Below, piece after piece: positions 59,465 to 64,000 of a DNA stretch of 64,000 nt. The translations under genes and the position numbers were made by a program. Numbering within the stretch: position 1 is the first letter of the stretch; each line of letters starts with the position of its first letter. The stretch lies in contig CAWHAZ010000002.1 in NCBI GenBank assembly GCA_963827475.1, forward strand, positions 94,141 through 158,140, written 5' to 3'. The notes below the pieces were generated by a model. That model worked only from the letters and a program-made list of their open reading frames with translations. It searched no databases and was not told where the DNA came from. The stretch is from an uncultured Chloroflexia bacterium (GTDB lineage: Bacteria; Chloroflexota; Limnocylindria; QHBO01).

Positions 59465-60225
59465 CCACGCACTTCTTCGGCGACACCGCCGTCCTGACAG
59501 GACGATCCCTGCGCCACATCACGCGCAGCCTGGACACCATCATCACGACCGCGATCATGCCGATCGCCATCATGCTGCTGTTCGTCTTCGTGTTCGGCGG
59601 CGCGATCAATTCAGGGTCGGATTCGTATGTGACCTACCTGCTGCCCGGCATCCTGCTGATCACGGTTGCATCGGGCGTCTCCTACACCGCGTACCGGCTC
59701 TTCGGTGACATGCACAGCGGGATCTTCGAGCGCTTCCAGTCCCTGCCGATCGCTCGGTCGGGCGTGCTGTGGGCGCACGTGCTGACCTCGATGGTCGCGA
59801 ACATGATCTCGCTCGTGATCGTCGTTGGCGTCGCCCTGCTCATGGGCTTCCGCTCGGAGGCCGACGTGCTGGCGTGGCTCGCTGTCGCCGGCATGCTGAT
59901 CCTGTTCACCCTGGCATTGACCTGGCTCGCCGTGATCCCCGGTCTGACCGCGAAGACCGTGGACGGCGCGAGCGCGTTCTCCTACCCCCTCATCCTCCTG
60001 CCGTTCATCAGCTCCGCATTCGTGCCCACCGAGACCATGCCCGGCCCGGTGCGCGTCTTCGCCGAGAACCAGCCGGTGACGTCCATCGTCAACGCGATCC
60101 GCGACCTGCTCACGGGGCAGCCGGTCGGCACCGACATCTGGTTCGCCCTCGCCTGGTGCGTCGGCATCCTCGTCGTCGGGTACGTCGTCTCCATGGTCAT
60201 CTACCGCCGCAAGATCTCCTCGTAG
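59461..60225 (+). CDS. ABC-2 type exporter permease
   Basis: ATGA overlap; YLLPGI, FISSAFVPTETMPG..ENQP. Confidence 0.9.
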   Translation: MTTHFFGDTAVLTGRSLRHITRSLDTIITTAIMPIAIMLLFVFVFGGAINSGSDSYVTYLLPGILLITVASGVSYTAYRLFGDMHSGIFERFQSLPIARSGVLWAHVLTSMVANMISLVIVVGVALLMGFRSEADVLAWLAVAGMLILFTLALTWLAVIPGLTAKTVDGASAFSYPLILLPFISSAFVPTETMPGPVRVFAENQPVTSIVNAIRDLLTGQPVGTDIWFALAWCVGILVVGYVVSMVIYRRKISS

Positions 60226-60263
60226 ACATGAGGCCGCCGCGCCAGCGGGCTACAGTTGGCGCG

Positions 60264-60829
60264 ATGCGAAAACTCATCGTCCAGCAGTGGGTGACCGTCG
60301 ACAACATCGCCGCGGAGGAGGACGGCGGGCTCAGCTTCGTGTCAGGGGAGCCCTTTTCCGAGACCACCGACCCTGCGTTCAAGGCAAGCGTGATGGGGCT
60401 CATCGACTCGGTCGACACGATGATTCTCGGCGCGAATACCTACGACCAGTCCAAGGGCTACTGGCCGTACGCCAAGGAGCAGGGCGAGTACGGCGAGAAG
60501 CTCAACAACCTCACCAAATTCGTCGCTTCGTCGAAGCTGGATGACGCCCCCTGGGGCGACTTTCCCCCGCGACCGTGACGCGCGACCCGGCCGCCACCAT
60601 CCGGGAGCTCAAGGAGCAGAGCGGCAAGGACATCTGGCTGTGGGGGAGCTTGAAACTCATGCACTCCCTGCTGGACGCCGGCGTCGTCGACGAGGTCCGG
60701 ATGCTGGTCTGCCCGGCTTCACGCGGCACGGGAACGCGCATTTTCGAGGATTGGCAAGACCTGAAGCTGGTCGAGGCCACCCCGTTCCAAAACGGCGTGG
60801 TCCTTCTGCGCTACGAGATCAAGAACTAG
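60264..60829 (+). CDS. Dihydrofolate reductase/RibD C-terminal family protein (frameshift near 60570)
   Basis: MRKLIVQQWVTVD, ILGANTY, KFVASS; KDIWLWGS..GVVDE..G.GTRIF. Confidence 0.85.
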
Positions 60830-60834
60830 CGGAG

Positions 60835-61332
60835 ATGCGCAAGACCTATCGCGGGGACGCCATCGAGGTGACCTTCGACCTCGACCGATGCATCCACGTT
60901 GGCACGTGCCTATTGAGCCAGCCCCGGGTCTTCAACCTGCGGCGTCGACCGTGGATTGTTCCGGATGCGGACGACCCGGACACGGTCGCCGCGACCGTCG
61001 AGCGGTGTCCCAGCGGCGCCCTGCAGTACCGGCGGCTCGACGGCGGCGCCGCGGAGTCACATGCGTCGACGTCGGTGATGCCGATGCGCAACGGACCGCT
61101 CCTGGTCACCGGCGAGATACACGTCCGCCTCGAAGACGGAACCGAGGAGGTTCTGCCGCGGGCTACGCTGTGCCGCTGCGGTGAGTCGGCCCGGAAGCCG
61201 TTCTGCGACAACACCCACCTGAAGATCGGCTTCCGAGCGCCGGGAGAGGTGTACAAGATCCTCCCCAGCCCCGTCCGGCAGCGAATCCTCGACCCGATGC
61301 CCGCCGCTGAAGATCCTCGGGGAGCCAACTGA
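60835..61332 (+). CDS. Divergent 4Fe-4S domain + CDGSH iron-sulfur domain protein
   Basis: RCIHVGTC, RPWI.PD, CPSGAL; NGPLLV, LCRCGESARKPFCDNTH. Confidence 0.88.
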   Translation: MRKTYRGDAIEVTFDLDRCIHVGTCLLSQPRVFNLRRRPWIVPDADDPDTVAATVERCPSGALQYRRLDGGAAESHASTSVMPMRNGPLLVTGEIHVRLEDGTEEVLPRATLCRCGESARKPFCDNTHLKIGFRAPGEVYKILPSPVRQRILDPMPAAEDPRGAN

Positions 61333-61350
61333 GCGACGGCCGGCGGCGGA

Positions 61351-62088
61351 TCAGCGCTGCATGGCCCAGACGCCGACCGGCTCGAAGGTCATCGGAACGT
61401 CGACCAGGATCAGCTCCGAGACCGCGGTGGCCTCGATGGCCAGCTCCGGCTCATCGGTCACCTTGACCGCGTCGCCGGTGGCCAGCTCGTGGCCGGCCGC
61501 CGTGGCCGCGCCGGAGATGAGGTACAGGTAGGCGCCGCGACCGGCACCGATGGGGTGGCTGACCCCGACGCCCGGGTTGAGCCGGGCGACATGGACCGAT
61601 GCGTCCTGGTGGACCTTCACCACCTCGCCGCCCTCGGGGCCGATCACCTTCAGCAGCCGGTCGGTCCGGTCCTCGGTGGTGAAGACCCGCTGCTCCACCC
61701 CTGGGCGCAGGCTGGCCGTGTCGGGGAGGATCCAGATCTGGATGAAGCGCATGGGCTCGGTATCCGAGGCGTTGCGCTCGGAGTGGAGGGCTCCCGAACC
61801 GAGGGTCATCCGCTGGACGGAGCCCGCCGGCAGCGGACCGAACGGCCCGCCGATGTTGTCCTCGTGCCCGAACGTCCCTTCCACGACGTAGGTCAGGCCC
61901 TCCACGTCGCGGTGGGGGTGGAGCGGCCAGACGGCGCCGGGGATGAGCCGGTCGTCGTTGAACACCCGCATCGCGCCGAACTCGTCGTTCTCCGGGTCGC
62001 GGTAGGTGTCGAAGCTGAAGTGCCAGCGGGCACGGAACCAGCCGCCCTCGACGTCGTGGATCTCGCGGTCGCGTCGGACAGTGATCAT
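61351..62088 (-). CDS. Pirin family protein (YhhW-like)
   Basis: HFSF..Y, RVFNDD, HPHRD, GALHSERN, QIWILP. Confidence 0.9.
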   Translation of the reverse strand: MITVRRDREIHDVEGGWFRARWHFSFDTYRDPENDEFGAMRVFNDDRLIPGAVWPLHPHRDVEGLTYVVEGTFGHEDNIGGPFGPLPAGSVQRMTLGSGALHSERNASDTEPMRFIQIWILPDTASLRPGVEQRVFTTEDRTDRLLKVIGPEGGEVVKVHQDASVHVARLNPGVGVSHPIGAGRGAYLYLISGAATAAGHELATGDAVKVTDEPELAIEATAVSELILVDVPMTFEPVGVWAMQR

Positions 62089-62177
62089 CGGGTGGCCTGC
62101 TCGCGCATGGCGTGATAGTAAGTTCCGCCGCGCCGGACAGGCCGGCGCGGCGGTTGGTTACAGGGTCGGAGTTGCGA

Positions 62178-62610
62178 CTACCGGGAGCTCATGCCCGCGT
62201 GCATCGGCTCCGGAACCTTCCATTCGGTCAGCTGGTCGGAGAGGACGCGCTTCGCATCGGCGATCTTGTCAACCCCGATCAGGCAGGTGGCCTTGCCATT
62301 GGTGGAGTACACCGGCGCGAACAGCTCGATGTTCACTCCGGCATCGGCCAGCTTCTGCGCCGTCAGCGCAGCGGTGCCCGGCCGGTCCTCGAGCCAAATC
62401 GTCAGCACGGGGACCTCGCTGGTACTTGATGTCCGCGCTGGTCAGCGCACTCTTCACGCCCGCCTCATCGGCAGCCACGAAGGCCTGCCCGCCTCGCGAG
62501 CCCAGCCCCAGGCTGAAGGGGTAGACGTTGATATCGCGCTTCGCGATGACCGATGCGCTCCGGGCAAGCTCACCCGGCTTGTTGGCGCTTTCAATGATGA
62601 AAGCCTGCAT
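62178..62610 (-). CDS. Tandem ACT-domain protein (frameshift near 62420)
   Basis: ANKPGELAR..DINV and LEDRPGTAA..LADAGVNIE; GGAGG RBS. Confidence 0.8.
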
Positions 62611-62758
62611 GGGAACTACCTCCTGCAGCGTCCCGATGATTGAGCCTTGTCTGGGCTCCAGGACCGCTGCTCCGGGCGGGTCCGCCAGGGCGGTGAGGAT
62701 CGAAATCTCTCGCGGGTGGACCGATGGGTCCACGCCTCAACACCCGTCCGAGTTGCCC

Positions 62759-63172
62759 CTATTTTCCTCCCATCGGCGCGCGGTGTCGAACAGGTGTTTT
62801 AAACCGAAGGACTTCTCGGCTTCGACTTGCGTCGCCTTGCGCGGCTTCACGGGCCTGGCCCGTTGTCTTGTTCACCACCGCGAAGCCGCGGCGCTTGAGG
62901 TCCTTATCCAGAGTCAGCCTCGGCCCGAAGGGCGTCCTCCTCCGAGAAGTACGGCCCGAGACCCTCGACGAGGTCGGGCCGAATGGCGCGGAAATACCTG
63001 TCGAACCGGGCGGCTCCCTCGAACGGAATCGGTGAGATGGGTGCCCAATCGCTCGCTGGACTGTCCGCGCAGTCTGTCCCACGTACACGTTGGGCTTGTC
63101 AGGTAGCCTCCCGGGTCCTGCGCCGTCCTCGAGTTCCAGGACGTAGACGCGCCATTCCTTCTCCACGAACAA
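62759..63172 (-). CDS. GIY-YIG nuclease-like domain (several frameshifts)
   Basis: VYVLEL..VYVGQT; ERLGTH; EEDALRAE; LKRRGFAVVN recovered across frames. Confidence 0.65.
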   Translation of the reverse strand: MFVEKEWRVYVLELEDGAGPGRLPDKPNVYVGQTARTVQRAIGHPSHRFRSREPPGSTGISAPFGPTSSRVSGRTSRRRTPFGPRLTLDKDLKRRGFAVVNKTTGQAREAAQGDASRSREVLRFKTPVRHRAPMGGK

Positions 63173-63749
63173 GCTCCTGGACGAGAGCCTCGAACTCCGG
63201 CAGGTTCCGCGACTTGGGGAGGCGCGCTCGGAAGATCGCGAGGAGACTTCGGAAGTACCAGGCCTGGTCGTCCTTGCCGGCGTTGAACCGATTCCAGACC
63301 TTGTTCCCCTTGGCCGCCACGTCCACGGCCATCGACCGCGCGTTGTGGAGCTTGTCGGCGAGGGAGATGCGCAGGACCGATTCGGGTTCCGTCTCGAGGC
63401 GTGCGAGGTAGCGCTCCTTCCGCGGCCGCCAGGCCTCCTTCTCCTCGTCCCCGGAGGTCATCGAGTCGCTCAGGCCATCCACCATCGCGGCGACCTCGTC
63501 TCCGAACCGTCGGCGGATCTCGGCCAGCACCGGCTCCCCGCCCTGGTCCTCCGGCCCGTCGTGCAGGAGCGCGGCGATCGCCTCGTCCTCGGTCCCGCCG
63601 TCCTCGAGCACCAGGCTGCAGACGGCGAACAGATGCGTGACGTATGGAATCGCCGTGCCCTTCCGGGCCTGGTCGCGGTGGAGCTCCACGGCATAGGCGG
63701 CCGCATCCACGAAGCGGTCGCTGAGGACGGGTTTGGGCTGGTCTGACAT
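63099..63749 (-). CDS. HD-domain hydrolase, Mesh1/SpoT-hydrolase-like
   Basis: H.DQARKG..IPYVTHL, AALLHDGPEDQ, LADKLHNARS. Confidence 0.88.
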   Translation of the reverse strand: MSDQPKPVLSDRFVDAAAYAVELHRDQARKGTAIPYVTHLFAVCSLVLEDGGTEDEAIAALLHDGPEDQGGEPVLAEIRRRFGDEVAAMVDGLSDSMTSGDEEKEAWRPRKERYLARLETEPESVLRISLADKLHNARSMAVDVAAKGNKVWNRFNAGKDDQAWYFRSLLAIFRARLPKSRNLPEFEALVQELVRGEGMARLRPGTRGRRRTREAT

Positions 63750-63825
63750 GCGGCCCTCAGGGTACGGAATCGCGGCGCCGAATGGCGACACGCTAGGTGT
63801 CACGACGCCCGTCGACGATGCGGGC

Positions 63826-64000
63826 ATGAGCGTCGACTACCACCAGTTCATCAACCGGAACCTGCCCCGCGTCGAGCGCGGCTGCACCTCGAAGGTGATG
63901 TACATCAGCCGCGGCGAGGCGAAGTCCATCCTCCGCCACGGCCGCCGCCAGGACGGAAGCCTCAAGCCATACCGATGCGGGTTCTGCCCCGGCTGGCACC
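63826..64000 (+). CDS. Small putative zinc-binding protein (3' truncated by window)
   Basis: MSVDYHQFINRNLPRVERGCTSKVMY..YRCGFCPGWH; not in the ORF track. Confidence 0.6.
   Translation, partial: MSVDYHQFINRNLPRVERGCTSKVMYISRGEAKSILRHGRRQDGSLKPYRCGFCPGWH

Noticed and set aside
62615-62735. Structured leader or riboswitch before the ACT gene (GTGGACC/GGTCCAC hairpin)
   Set aside because: Short GC hairpins are expected at this GC content; no known aptamer motif recognised
879-63172. Programmed frameshifting as the cause of split genes
   Set aside because: Breaks are scattered over unrelated families with no slippery-site pattern; sequencing indels are more likely
1-64000. CRISPR array, IS elements or prophage
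   Set aside because: No regularly spaced repeats, transposase, integrase or phage structural genes seen

Overview
A 64 kb, very GC-rich, gene-dense bacterial chromosomal segment. Gene content and frequent leaderless TAnnnT promoters suggest Chloroflexota or Actinomycetota (inference). I saw no rRNA, CRISPR array, integrase or transposase, and one tRNA-Glu(CTC). Many genes carry apparent single-base frameshifts, densest at 22.8-25.2 kb and 62.4-63.2 kb, probably long-read consensus errors. Main contents: (1) a translationally coupled minus-strand run of two AlkZ-like DNA glycosylases, MFS transporter, methyltransferase, FAD oxidoreductase, SRPBCC cyclase and FabF-type ketosynthase, a candidate polyketide cluster with self-resistance genes; (2) acyl-CoA synthetase/dehydrogenase and a polyamine ABC transporter with a class III aminotransferase; (3) DNA-repair genes (Ada/Ogt, Lhr-Nei, YcaQ-LigD); (4) three type II toxin-antitoxin pairs plus an XRE/nucleotidyltransferase pair, several with readable promoters/operators; (5) several class III nucleotide cyclases including a remnant; (6) a Mesh1-like HD hydrolase adjacent to, and possibly fused with, a GIY-YIG nuclease domain. 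All family calls come from motif recognition, not database searches.
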